Below, piece after piece: positions 39,027-49,007 of a stretch of 64,000 bases of DNA. The stretch is from NCBI GenBank assembly GCA_049320885.1, contig JBMORA010000029.1:63516-127515 (forward strand), given 5' to 3'. A model generated the notes under the pieces. It saw only the letters and a program-made list of their open reading frames with translations. It made no database searches and was not told the DNA's origin. The DNA is from Thermodesulfobacteriota bacterium. GTDB lineage: Bacteria > Desulfobacterota > Desulfobacteria > Desulfobacterales > SURF-7. How positions within the stretch are numbered: position 1 is the first letter of the stretch; every line of letters starts with the position of its first letter. Made by a program: the position numbers and the translations under genes.

Positions 39027-39275
39027 GGATCTGCTATCCCTGTCATGGTCATGAGGGTCCTCAACCTGCCGGATAGAGATACAACAATCATACCATGTTC
39101 AACTATTGTCCCATCCCGCTATTTACATTTTTTAATTTATTTGTTTGTTCCGACATGGTATATGTCCTGTAAAACAGCTATTTGAGAGCTCATCCCGTCT
39201 TTTACTCTTCATTGTTGCTGTCTGGAACGGGTAAGGCAATGTGACGAATACGCGCGAGCTGCCGGTGACCGACAC

Positions 39276-41822
39276 ATGAGTTTCATCAACAAACATCCTG
39301 CAGTGATATGGGGGGCGTGCATAACCTTTTTGTTTTTGCTCCTGGGAATGCTGCGCCTTGATTTTTTTGACGGCCTGGAATTGACATTTTACGATTTGCG
39401 CCTCAACCTGATGGAAGAACCGGAATCCCCGAGTCCCATCGTGATTGTCGACATCGACGATGAATCCGTTGAAAAAATTGGACGCTGGCCCTGGACGAGA
39501 TCCATTGTGGCCGAGGCTATCCGGAAGATCAGCGCCGGTGCTCCGAAAACCATCGGGCTCAATATCATTTACAGCGAACCGGAGGAACGGAACGGATTGA
39601 TGGAACTCGCCCGCCTGGAGGCGCTGTTCACCCGGGATGTGATGTCCGGGGCCGGACAGTCGGGAGCGGCGTTTTTACAGGCTTTGACGGAATCCCGTGA
39701 CAAATTGGACCATGACAGAAAGCTGGCCGAAGCGATTCAGGCCGCCGGGAATGTGATCCTTCCGGTTTTTTTCAAGGAACGCGCATTTGACGCGCCGTCC
39801 GATTCCCCTCCTGATCCCCAACTCGCTTCCCATGCCCTCGCTGATGTAACAGATCCGGAAACCATCGGAGCTCCCGGAGCATCCGGCCTGGTCCTGCCGA
39901 TCGCGGAATTCCTGAAAGCCGCCGCCGGCATCGGGTATATCAATTTTTCCTGTGACATGGACGGGGTGACCCGTCGGGAACAGATCCTGATGGAATACGG
40001 ACGGTTGTATCTTCCGTCCTATACATTGTCCCTGGCGGCACATTATCTGGATGTCCGGCCGGATCAAATTGGGGTTGAACTGGGATCGTCCGTCCGGCTT
40101 GGGGAACGGATCATGCCGCTCACGTTTCATTCGGAACTGATGGTCCGGTTCAAGGGGCCTCGTAACAGTTTCAAGGCCTATTCTTTTTTTGACGTCCTCA
40201 ACGATAAGATCGACGTCGCCGTGTTTAAAGACAAACTGGTTCTGGTTGCGACATCCGCAGCTGGCATCATGAACCCCCTCAATTCCCCGACCGACCCGGC
40301 CTTGCCGGTGGGGGAGTTCTCCGCCAACACCCTTTGGACGATATTGAACCGACGATTCATCCAACAACCGCCATGGAGTTCGGGTTTGGAAATGTTCCTG
40401 ATCCTCCTGGTGGGGGTGATATTGACCGTCGTCTTCCCGCGACTCAGGGCGGTGCCGGCCGGACTGTCCTTCCTGGCCGGTCTCCTTTTCCTGATCGGTG
40501 GCGGGGTGTATGCCTTCATGGTACGACATTTCTGGTTGCAGGTCACGTATCCGGTGCTCCAGTTGTTGCTCGGTTATATCGGTGTGGTGAGCATCCGGTA
40601 TTTCATCACCGAAAACCGCAAGGAAAAAGTCGAAGTGGAGTCGGCGGAAACAAACCGATTGCTGGGGCTCTCGTTTCAAAGCCAGGGCATGCTGGATATG
40701 GCTTTTGATAAACTCCGGCGCGTCCCGGTAGACGATGAAATGAAAGCCATTCTGTATAATCTGGCTCTGGATTACGAGCGCAAACGGCAGTTCAACAAGG
40801 CCGCGGTGGTATACGGCTATATCGAAGAACATGACGGCCGTTACAAGGATGTGACGGAAAAAAAGAAAAAATTGATCCAGGCCAGTGAAACCATGGTGTT
40901 CGGTGATGGCTTCATCGGCGGCGGAGCTTCCCGGGACGAATTGCTCTCCGCGGCCTCAACAGCCCGTCCGACCATGGGGCGTTACGAAATCATCAAACAA
41001 CTGGGAAAAGGCGCCATGGGCGTGGTGTATCTGGGTCAGGATCCCCGCATAAACCGGACAACGGCCATCAAAACATTTCGTTTCAATGATGACCTTGAGG
41101 CAGGCGAAGTCGAAGAAATGAAGTCGAAGTTTTTCCGGGAAGCGGAGAGCGCCGGCACCCTCTCCCACCCGAATATCGTTACCATATATGACGCGGGAGA
41201 AGAGCAGGAGTTGGCATATATCGCCATGGAATATCTGGAAGGCGAGGATCTTCAGCGTTTCACCAGAAAAGGGAACCTGCTGCCGATTCGAAAAATCATC
41301 GACTGCTGCGCGGACATCGCCGCTGCCCTGGATTATGCACACCAGCGGGGAATCGTTCATCGCGACATCAAACCGGCCAATATTATGCTGCTGAAATCGG
41401 GCAAAGTAAAAATCACCGACTTCGGCATAGCCAGAATCACCAGCAGTTCCCAAACCCGGACCGGAATTGTCAAAGGAACGCCATATTATATGTCGCCGGA
41501 GCAGATCTCCGGAAAAAAAGTGGATGGACGGTCCGATATCTTTTCGCTGGGGGTGATGATGTTTCAACTCCTGACCGGCTCCGTACCCTTCGACGGCGAC
41601 AGTCCGGCAGCATTGATGCATCAAATTCTCAATGTCCCTCATCCGGACCCGAGGTCGCTGAATCCGAAAATATTCGCGCCCCTGGTTCCCATCATCAACA
41701 AAGCGCTGATGAAAGACCCGGATCAGCGATATCAACATGCCGTGGAATTGAGTAATGACTTACGGAAACTGGCCGCTAAAATCGATGCGGCGTTGGCAAA
41801 GCGGGAACGGAAAGACCGGTAA
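39276..41822 (+). CDS. CHASE2-domain Hanks-type Ser/Thr protein kinase
   Basis: IVIVDID...IGRWPWTR (CHASE2), three TM segments, LGKGAMGVVY, HRDIKPAN, DFG, GTPYYMSPE. Confidence 0.93.
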   Translation: MSFINKHPAVIWGACITFLFLLLGMLRLDFFDGLELTFYDLRLNLMEEPESPSPIVIVDIDDESVEKIGRWPWTRSIVAEAIRKISAGAPKTIGLNIIYSEPEERNGLMELARLEALFTRDVMSGAGQSGAAFLQALTESRDKLDHDRKLAEAIQAAGNVILPVFFKERAFDAPSDSPPDPQLASHALADVTDPETIGAPGASGLVLPIAEFLKAAAGIGYINFSCDMDGVTRREQILMEYGRLYLPSYTLSLAAHYLDVRPDQIGVELGSSVRLGERIMPLTFHSELMVRFKGPRNSFKAYSFFDVLNDKIDVAVFKDKLVLVATSAAGIMNPLNSPTDPALPVGEFSANTLWTILNRRFIQQPPWSSGLEMFLILLVGVILTVVFPRLRAVPAGLSFLAGLLFLIGGGVYAFMVRHFWLQVTYPVLQLLLGYIGVVSIRYFITENRKEKVEVESAETNRLLGLSFQSQGMLDMAFDKLRRVPVDDEMKAILYNLALDYERKRQFNKAAVVYGYIEEHDGRYKDVTEKKKKLIQASETMVFGDGFIGGGASRDELLSAASTARPTMGRYEIIKQLGKGAMGVVYLGQDPRINRTTAIKTFRFNDDLEAGEVEEMKSKFFREAESAGTLSHPNIVTIYDAGEEQELAYIAMEYLEGEDLQRFTRKGNLLPIRKIIDCCADIAAALDYAHQRGIVHRDIKPANIMLLKSGKVKITDFGIARITSSSQTRTGIVKGTPYYMSPEQISGKKVDGRSDIFSLGVMMFQLLTGSVPFDGDSPAALMHQILNVPHPDPRSLNPKIFAPLVPIINKALMKDPDQRYQHAVELSNDLRKLAAKIDAALAKRERKDR

Positions 41823-41926
41823 TCGGCGTCGCATGTGAATATGGCAATTGATGTTTATTTTGGCATTTCATCATGATGACCAGGGCATCACTTACGGCCG
41901 CCTTGACAGAAGGGAAAAGGATTTTT

Positions 41927-42772
41927 ATGACCATCGTCGAATCCGCCGGACTCACGGATGTCGGTAATAAAAGAAAAAACAATGAAGACAGCTTCCTGAT
42001 GGATAACGACCTGCTGCTGTATATTGTCGCTGACGGCATGGGCGGTCATCAGGCAGGCGAGGTGGCCAGTCATCTCGTGGTTACCACCCTTCGGGATTAT
42101 ATGAAGGATCCCTCGGGAAAAGAAGATATTGAACAGCTGATTGCCTTCGATGACTCGCTCACGGATGCCTCCAACAAACTCCTTGCCGCCATTCAACTGG
42201 CCAACCGCGCCGTTCATGATATTTCCAAGAGCAAAAAGGAATTCCAGGGCATGGGATCGACGGTGGCGGTTGTTTACATCAAGAATCAAACATTGATCGC
42301 TGCCAATGTGGGTGACAGTCCGATTTATCTGGTTCACCAGAACGAAATCGAATTGATTTCCGTGCCCCATACGGTGATGGCGGAACACGCGGCGTTGGAT
42401 CCGGAGGGTAAAAGAACACTGGGGGCCGCATTCAAACACATGCTGACCAGGGGAATGGGTATCGAGTCCTGTGTCAAGGCTGATATTTCGGAATTCCAGC
42501 TTTTTGATGACGATGTCTTGATTATCTGCTCCGACGGGCTTAGTGACAAAGTGACTCCGGACGAGATCCGATCGACAGTGAGAACCCATCAACCGGAAAA
42601 AGCCTGCCGGGTCCTGAAGGATTTGGCCATTGACCGGGGAGGAGAAGACAATATCACGGTCGTGATCGTCAAGATCAAAAACGTGGAAACCCATCGGCAA
42701 GGTGCGGTACAATTCTTCTTAAAAATACAGAAAGCCTTGAAAAAAACTTTTTTCACCTCGAACCAAATATAG
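41927..42772 (+). CDS. PP2C/Stp1-type Ser/Thr phosphatase
   Basis: RKNNED, VADGMGGH, GMGST, NVGDS, CSDGL, GGEDNIT. Confidence 0.93.
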   Translation: MTIVESAGLTDVGNKRKNNEDSFLMDNDLLLYIVADGMGGHQAGEVASHLVVTTLRDYMKDPSGKEDIEQLIAFDDSLTDASNKLLAAIQLANRAVHDISKSKKEFQGMGSTVAVVYIKNQTLIAANVGDSPIYLVHQNEIELISVPHTVMAEHAALDPEGKRTLGAAFKHMLTRGMGIESCVKADISEFQLFDDDVLIICSDGLSDKVTPDEIRSTVRTHQPEKACRVLKDLAIDRGGEDNITVVIVKIKNVETHRQGAVQFFLKIQKALKKTFFTSNQI

Positions 42773-42786
42773 TAAAGGGGACGCAA

Positions 42787-43497
42787 ATGCCAACCATAAC
42801 ACTAAAATTTAAAGAGAATATCATTAAAGAAGTGCGCTTGGGAAGGGATGACTCGCTGACCATCGGGCGTCGCGACACCAATGATATCATCATTGAAAAC
42901 CTGGCCGTTTCCGGCACCCATGCGAAAATAGATTCCGTGGAGGACGGATTTCTCATTACCGATCTGCAAAGCAAAAACGGAACGTTTGTCAACGACCAAT
43001 TGATCACTTCCCATTACCTGAATCACGGCGATGTGATCACCATCGGCAAACACGTGCTGATATTCGCTTACGCGGCGGACGAAAAACGTCCCAAGAAAGC
43101 GGCGCCGGCCATGGACCAGACCATGGTGATGGATACCAGCCGGCAGAGGGAAATGCTTGCCAGCACGGCTTCGGATAATATTCCGCCGGGTTTGCAACAA
43201 AGCGGCCCGTTGGGCATGCTGACATTTTTATCCGGTGGTGAGGGCGAGGTTGTGTTGACCAAAAAACTGACCAAAATCGGCAAATCGCCGGATTCCGATA
43301 TCGTCATCGGCGGACTGCTGGTCGGAAAAAGCGCGGCAACGATCAGTCATCGGCCGGCCGGTTATTTTGTCAGTTATGTCGGTGGGGTGTCCAAACTGAA
43401 AGTCAATGATCAAACCATCAAGAATTCGGTCAAACTCGAAGAGTTTGACATTCTGCAGATAGGGCCTGCGAAAATGCAGTTTATTCATAAAAAATGA
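42787..43497 (+). CDS. Double FHA domain protein
   Basis: N-terminal FHA with IGR, SxxH and NG residues; a second, degenerate FHA at the C-terminus. Confidence 0.88.
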   Translation: MPTITLKFKENIIKEVRLGRDDSLTIGRRDTNDIIIENLAVSGTHAKIDSVEDGFLITDLQSKNGTFVNDQLITSHYLNHGDVITIGKHVLIFAYAADEKRPKKAAPAMDQTMVMDTSRQREMLASTASDNIPPGLQQSGPLGMLTFLSGGEGEVVLTKKLTKIGKSPDSDIVIGGLLVGKSAATISHRPAGYFVSYVGGVSKLKVNDQTIKNSVKLEEFDILQIGPAKMQFIHKK

Positions 43498-43518
43498 GAA
43501 CTCCTGGATGAAGGAAGG

Positions 43519-44319
43519 TTACGCCAGCCGTCCGATCAACCGATGAACGGCTTGAAGATACGTTTCCGCTCCGTGATAGAAAATGCTGTTGTGATCGGCG
43601 CCTTCGATTTTTACTAGAAATTTGACCGCCGCCGGTGATCTGTCATACAAGGCCTGGCCATCCGAAAACGGGATGATATGATCGAATTCGGCATGGATGA
43701 TGAGGGTCGGTTTTACAAAAGAGGCGATTTTCGACAAATGACCCATTTCCATGGGTTCCTGGATGCCCGCGGCGGCGAGGTCCACGCCGATGCGGTGCAG
43801 CAGCGGGATCACATGGGCGAACCCGCTTTCAATGATCAGCCCCTCGATATCGTCGGGCTGACGTGAAGCGATTTCAAGAGCCGACGCACTTCCCAAAGAA
43901 CGCCCCATGACAATCAGGGGGCCGTCATACCCATTCCCGGCCTACCATTTGATGACGTATTGAACAATCGCAAGACTGTCCCGCATCATGGCGGTTACGG
44001 TCGGAAGGCCGCCGGAGCGGCCATATCCCCTGTAATCGACCGGCAAAAAATTCACGCCCATGGAGGTATACAACGGCGCCAGTTCATCATAATCCGCTGC
44101 AATCTCTCCGTTCCCATGAAAAAACAGGATGGTCGGCGATTGCTTTTGCGCCGGATGCAACCTGCCCCCGACGGCGATACCCTCGTCAACAGGAATGCGG
44201 ATATCGACACTATTCGGCGGCGGTGTCTGCCGGCCTTCCTCCTTCCGGGGATGAAAGAGAAAGCGCAGAATTTCCGAATGGTCCAACTGGGAATAACCGG
44301 CGGGTATGGAGTTTTGCAT
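43519..44319 (-). pseudogene. Alpha/beta hydrolase with a single in-frame TAG at codon 126 (43942-43944); nonsense allele or amber readthrough
   Basis: ORFs 43942..44319 and 43519..43908 are in the same frame: FHGNGE, DYRGYG, ...VIKW-TAG-AGNGYDGPLIVMGRSLG, then HAEFD and GADHN. Confidence 0.75.
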
Positions 44320-44328
44320 CGGCTGATC

Positions 44329-46128
44329 CTATCGATACATGGCTTCAATCAGATCCCTGTATGTCTGATGGATGAATTTCCGTTTCACTTTCATGGTGGG
44401 GGTGACCTCACCGTCTTCTTCGTACAGTTTTTTCGGCAGAATGGCGAACTTCTTCACCTGTTCGACCCGCGACAGGGATGCGTTCACTGCATCCACTTCC
44501 TTTTGTATCAGCCGGCGAATATCCGGATGCAGGGTCAGATCCTTATAGGTGGAAAATTGAATTTTATGATCCTGGGCGTGTTTGACCACCGTGTCTTCAT
44601 CAATCATGATCAGAGCGCTGATGAATTTCCGCTTGTCGCCAATGACGATGGCGTCATTAATAAAGGGACTGACTTTCAATTTATTTTCAATATACTGAGG
44701 AGTTATATTTTTCCCACCGGCTGTTACGATGATATCTTTTTTTCGATCTGTGATGGTTAAAAAACCGTCCTGATCCATTCTGCCGATATCACCGGAGTGC
44801 AGCCACCCCGCAACCAGGGTTTCATCGGTCGCCTCCGGATTTTTATAGTATCCGCGGAATACTCCGGGAGATTTGACCAGGATCTCGCCGTCCCCGGCGA
44901 TTTTGACCTCGACACCCGGCAGCGGGAGTCCGACTGTCCCGAATTTGATTTTCCCGGGCCTGGCTGTGCAGGTGACACCGGTACCTTCCGTTTGGCCGTA
45001 ACCTTCAATGAGATTGACGCCGATGGCCTGAAAAAATTTCAACACGTCGGGGGAAATGGGCGCTGCCCCGGAATAGGCCACCCGCATACGGTCAAATCCC
45101 AGGCGCTTTTTCAGTTTTCTGAATACTACGAAATAGAGCAATTGATAAGCCATTTCCAGGGGAAACGGTATGCGGCGGGACTCCATCCGCAACGTGGCTC
45201 TTCTCACACCGATTCGGTAAGCGCCGAAATACAGAAGCCGCTTCAGGCGGGTCGCATCCGACATACGGATATAGATCAATGAATAGTATTTTTCCCAGAT
45301 TCGTGGAACGGCGTATCCAACGGTTGGTGAAATCTCGATCATGTTATCGGTAACCGTGTCGAGCTTTTCGATAAAATTGACCGTATATCCTTGACTGATA
45401 TGGACAAAAACGGAAAAAAGCCGTTCAAATATATGACAGAGGGGCAAAAAGGATAGGACTTCATCGGAGTCGAATACCGGATTGGCTTCACAAACGGCTT
45501 GCGCCATCCAGGTGACATTCCGGTGGGTCAACATGGCCCCCTTGGGCGGACCGGTGGTTCCGGAGGTATAGATCAAAACGCAGATATCCTCCGGTTGAAC
45601 GGACTTGCTGCGCTCCTCGAACATGCCTCGATTCTCCTGATCGAACTGCACCCCCAGTTGAATCAGATCGGTGAAGGTCATCACCATGGGATCGGAAAAA
45701 CCTCTCAGGCCTTCTGTATCCCAAACAATGATTTTTTCAAGGGAATTGGTTTTTTCCCTGAACCGGAGGCATTTGTCGAGCTGTTCCTCATTCTCCACAA
45801 AGAAAAAACGGGATTCCGAATGATCGACCACATACTCGACCTGGGGCCAGGCGCTGGTTGCATATACGCCCACCGATATACCGCCGGCGCATTGAATTCC
45901 AAGGTCCGCCATGACCCATTCAGCACAATTATCACCGATGATGGCGACGCATTCGCCCTTCTTCAGCCCCATGGACAATAATGCGCTGCTGATGGCACGG
46001 ACGGAACGCTCATAGTCGTTCCATGATATATCCCGCCAGAGTCCGAATTCTTTTTTTCGCAGGGCGACACGATCGCCGTATTTTCGAACGGTGGCGAGAA
46101 AAATTTCCGGTGTGGTGTGACTATTCAA
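44329..46128 (-). CDS. Long-chain fatty acid-CoA ligase (AMP-dependent synthetase)
   Basis: YTSGTTGPPKG, EGYGQTE, WLHSGDIG, DRKKD, TPTMKVKR. TTG start inferred. Confidence 0.92.
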   Translation of the reverse strand: MNSHTTPEIFLATVRKYGDRVALRKKEFGLWRDISWNDYERSVRAISSALLSMGLKKGECVAIIGDNCAEWVMADLGIQCAGGISVGVYATSAWPQVEYVVDHSESRFFFVENEEQLDKCLRFREKTNSLEKIIVWDTEGLRGFSDPMVMTFTDLIQLGVQFDQENRGMFEERSKSVQPEDICVLIYTSGTTGPPKGAMLTHRNVTWMAQAVCEANPVFDSDEVLSFLPLCHIFERLFSVFVHISQGYTVNFIEKLDTVTDNMIEISPTVGYAVPRIWEKYYSLIYIRMSDATRLKRLLYFGAYRIGVRRATLRMESRRIPFPLEMAYQLLYFVVFRKLKKRLGFDRMRVAYSGAAPISPDVLKFFQAIGVNLIEGYGQTEGTGVTCTARPGKIKFGTVGLPLPGVEVKIAGDGEILVKSPGVFRGYYKNPEATDETLVAGWLHSGDIGRMDQDGFLTITDRKKDIIVTAGGKNITPQYIENKLKVSPFINDAIVIGDKRKFISALIMIDEDTVVKHAQDHKIQFSTYKDLTLHPDIRRLIQKEVDAVNASLSRVEQVKKFAILPKKLYEEDGEVTPTMKVKRKFIHQTYRDLIEAMYR

Positions 46129-46132
46129 TCCC

Positions 46133-46909
46133 CTATCTCCAGGCCTTCTTCCTTTTCCAGCGTTGATATCCCTTGGCGGATTCCTCGGATCGAACCCCCA
46201 TATAGAACTCCTTGACATCCTTGTTTTCCAATAACTCCGAGGCTGTCCCTTTCATGACAAATCTGCCGTTCTCCAATATCAAACCGTAATCGGCAATGGA
46301 TAAGGCCATACGGGCATTCTGCTCCACCAGTAAAATGGTCATGCCTTGCCGGTGAATCGTCTGAATGATATTGAATATTTCATTCACCAGGATGGGGGAT
46401 AGCCCCAAGGAAGGCTCATCCAGAAATAGAAGTTTCGGCCGACTCATCAGCGCCCTGCCGATGGCGAGCATCTGTTGCTCTCCGCCGGATAGAGTCCCGG
46501 CCCATTGGTTTTGCCGATCTTTCAGAATCGGGAAATAGGCGAAAACCTGATCGATATCTTCCCTGACCCGTCTGCGGTCTCTTCGGGTATAGGCGCCCAT
46601 CAGAAGATTCTCACGGACCGAGAGTTCATCAAACACTTCCCTGCCCTCCGGTACATAGGAGATGCCCAGGCGAACGATTTTTTCCGTGTCCATGCCGTCG
46701 ATCCGCCGGGAGCCAAAGGTAATGCGGCCCTTATCCGGCTGGTCATCGATCAGTCCCATGACGGTTTTCAGAATGGTCGATTTCCCGGCGCCATTGTTGC
46801 CGAGAATCGTCGTGATCGTCCCCTCTTCCACGGATAGCGACACACCCCTGAGCGCGTAAATCAGGTCATAATATGTTTCGATATTTTGAATTTCAAGGAG
46901 GATGCTCAC
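46133..46909 (-). CDS. Liv-type ABC ATPase (LivF-like)
   Basis: GNNGAGKS, LSGGEQQMLA, LDEPSLGL. Confidence 0.93.
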   Translation of the reverse strand: MSILLEIQNIETYYDLIYALRGVSLSVEEGTITTILGNNGAGKSTILKTVMGLIDDQPDKGRITFGSRRIDGMDTEKIVRLGISYVPEGREVFDELSVRENLLMGAYTRRDRRRVREDIDQVFAYFPILKDRQNQWAGTLSGGEQQMLAIGRALMSRPKLLFLDEPSLGLSPILVNEIFNIIQTIHRQGMTILLVEQNARMALSIADYGLILENGRFVMKGTASELLENKDVKEFYMGVRSEESAKGYQRWKRKKAWR

Positions 46910-47685
46910 CGTTGACGACTTTCTCCCAAATAGGCGCGCAATACTTCCGGATGCTGCTGGATTTCCCGGGGGCCCCCGATGGTGATCGGGCTTCCGAAAT
47001 TGATCGCCAGAATCCGATCGGATATGTCCATTACCATATTCATATCGTGTTCGATCAGGAGAATGGTGATGTCCAGTTCATCCTGAATGTCTTTGATCCA
47101 GAAAATCAAATCCTGTTTTTCCTCTGAATTCATTCCGGCGCAGGGTTCATCCAGAAGAAGCAATTCAGGTTCCAAGGCCAGAGCCCTTCCGAGTTCGACC
47201 AGTTTCTGGGTGCCGTAGGGGAGACCGCCCACCGGTTTGTCGCGGACAGCCTGCAGATTCAGCAATGCAATGATTTCCTCCACCTTGCGGCGATGAATAG
47301 TTTCCTCCCGACCGGCGAAAGATCGGCTTCCCCACATGAATGCCCCACGGAACAATCCGGTTTTCATGTAGACATGGCGGCCCAGCATGATATTTTCCAT
47401 GGTGTTCATGTTGTTGAACAACTCAATGTTCTGGAATGTCCGGGCGACTCCCAGTCTGGCAATATGGTCCGGTTTCTTGCCTTCCAGCTTTCTTCCTTTG
47501 AAGCGGATCTGGCCCCTGTCCGCCCGATAAATGCCGTTGATACAGTTGAAGAGGGTCGTCTTGCCGGCACCGTTGGGTCCGATGATGGCAAAGATTTCTC
47601 CCTTTTCAACCTGAAAGGAGATATCCTTCAGGGCCTCGATGCCGCCGAAAGCGATGGATACATTGGTCAAGGAAAAAAAATCCAT
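46906..47685 (-). CDS. Liv-type ABC ATPase (LivG-like)
   Basis: GPNGAGKT, RTFQN, LPYG, IEHDM, AYLG. Confidence 0.93.
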   Translation of the reverse strand: MDFFSLTNVSIAFGGIEALKDISFQVEKGEIFAIIGPNGAGKTTLFNCINGIYRADRGQIRFKGRKLEGKKPDHIARLGVARTFQNIELFNNMNTMENIMLGRHVYMKTGLFRGAFMWGSRSFAGREETIHRRKVEEIIALLNLQAVRDKPVGGLPYGTQKLVELGRALALEPELLLLDEPCAGMNSEEKQDLIFWIKDIQDELDITILLIEHDMNMVMDISDRILAINFGSPITIGGPREIQQHPEVLRAYLGESRQR

Positions 47686-47730
47686 GAATACCCTGTCAAA
47701 CGTTTGGGATGACGTTGTTCAAAAGCCGAT

Positions 47731-47767
47731 GGAGGCGATCGATGCCATTCGTGGACCGGTCGCCTCC
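47731..47767 (-). other. Intra-operon stem-loop downstream of the substrate-binding protein gene
   Basis: Imperfect inverted repeat GGAGGCGATCG...CGGTCGCCTCC with an inner CCA-TTCG-TGG; a TTTT run lies a few bases downstream on the minus strand. Confidence 0.55.
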
Positions 47768-47778
47768 CTCCGGTCATT

Positions 47779-48972
47779 TTATTCAATCCGCATCCAGTCG
47801 GACAACTTTTTAATCTCGCCGCCTTCCAGACATTCGATCAGGAAAACCTCCTGCATTCCTTCCCGGCAGGAAGGGTCCTTTGCATCAAATGGTTTATAGG
47901 TGATGGATCCGCCGATACCACGGAAATCCTTCAGTCCCTCCAGTTCCTTGACGAGCTTTTCCCGGGTCAGCTCCCGTCCACACCGTTTCAGGGCTTCAAC
48001 GAAAGGTTCGGCGAACAGCATCCCCGCATAGTAAAATGTCCCCCAGCGCTCATCCTTGGCGGCGAATTTTGCGTAGGCATCGCTTTTATATTTTTTCATC
48101 AAATAGTGATCGGCTTCCGGAAGCTCACCGAAGGCGGCCGCGATAACACCTTTCCACAATCCCTTGCTGATTTTAAACATCAACGGGAAATCGGAGCAGG
48201 TGCTGGTGCTCATGAACTGGGTGTCATAATTCATTGCTTTGGCCGTGCCCACGATACGGACGGCGTGCGTCGGACTTACCCAAAGAAGTACCATGTCCGC
48301 CCCTGATTTTTTCAAACGCATGACATGGGGTTTCATATCCGTATCCTTGACTTCCACCGGGACTTCGGCGACCAGTTTCATCCCGTATTGAGCGAGTTCT
48401 TCAGTTGCACCCTGCACCCCGTTCTTGCCGTAATCGTCGTTCTGGTAGATCATGGCGACATTTTTTTTCATGAGACGGTTGACACCGTAACGCACCAGGG
48501 CTTTGGCTTCCAGGCTATACAGAGGGTAAACCGCGAAAAGATATTTTTTCGGCGGTGAAATCCAATGCTGGGATCCGGCGGCCGGGCCGACCCAGGGGAT
48601 TTGTTTTTCCATCAGGTAATCCATGACCGAAAGGCCGGGAGCGGTTCCGACCCCGGAAACCCAGGCAAATATTCCCGTACTCTCCTGGAGTTGTTTTACT
48701 CCCGCCTTGGTCATGGCCGGGTTGTATGCATCATCGAACATGTGATGAACAATTTTCCGACCATGGATGCCCCCCTCTTCATTGATCATCTTGAACATCG
48801 CATCCGTCCCTCTTGCGACAGAACCCCAGGGCGCCGCCGGGCCTGTCTGCGGTCCCCACTGCCCGACATGGATTTCGGTGTCGGTCACGCCTTCTTCCGC
48901 CTGGACGGTGAACGAGAAGATCAATGTAACAGCCATGATTGCCAACAGTGTCAACCATTTTTTACTCTTCAT
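47779..48972 (-). CDS. Liv-type ABC substrate-binding protein
   Basis: Signal peptide MKSKKWL..., GVTDTEI.VG, INEEGGIHGR, YQNDDYG; AAGGAG ribosome-binding site. Confidence 0.92.
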   Translation of the reverse strand: MKSKKWLTLLAIMAVTLIFSFTVQAEEGVTDTEIHVGQWGPQTGPAAPWGSVARGTDAMFKMINEEGGIHGRKIVHHMFDDAYNPAMTKAGVKQLQESTGIFAWVSGVGTAPGLSVMDYLMEKQIPWVGPAAGSQHWISPPKKYLFAVYPLYSLEAKALVRYGVNRLMKKNVAMIYQNDDYGKNGVQGATEELAQYGMKLVAEVPVEVKDTDMKPHVMRLKKSGADMVLLWVSPTHAVRIVGTAKAMNYDTQFMSTSTCSDFPLMFKISKGLWKGVIAAAFGELPEADHYLMKKYKSDAYAKFAAKDERWGTFYYAGMLFAEPFVEALKRCGRELTREKLVKELEGLKDFRGIGGSITYKPFDAKDPSCREGMQEVFLIECLEGGEIKKLSDWMRIE

Positions 48973-49007
48973 CGTATCGCTCCTTTTGAAAGGGTTTGAC
49001 ATCACGA

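Noticed and set aside
39156..39171. TGGTAT-N-CTGT as a sigma54 promoter for the kinase operon
   Set aside because: The -12 element reads GT, not GC; too weak to call.
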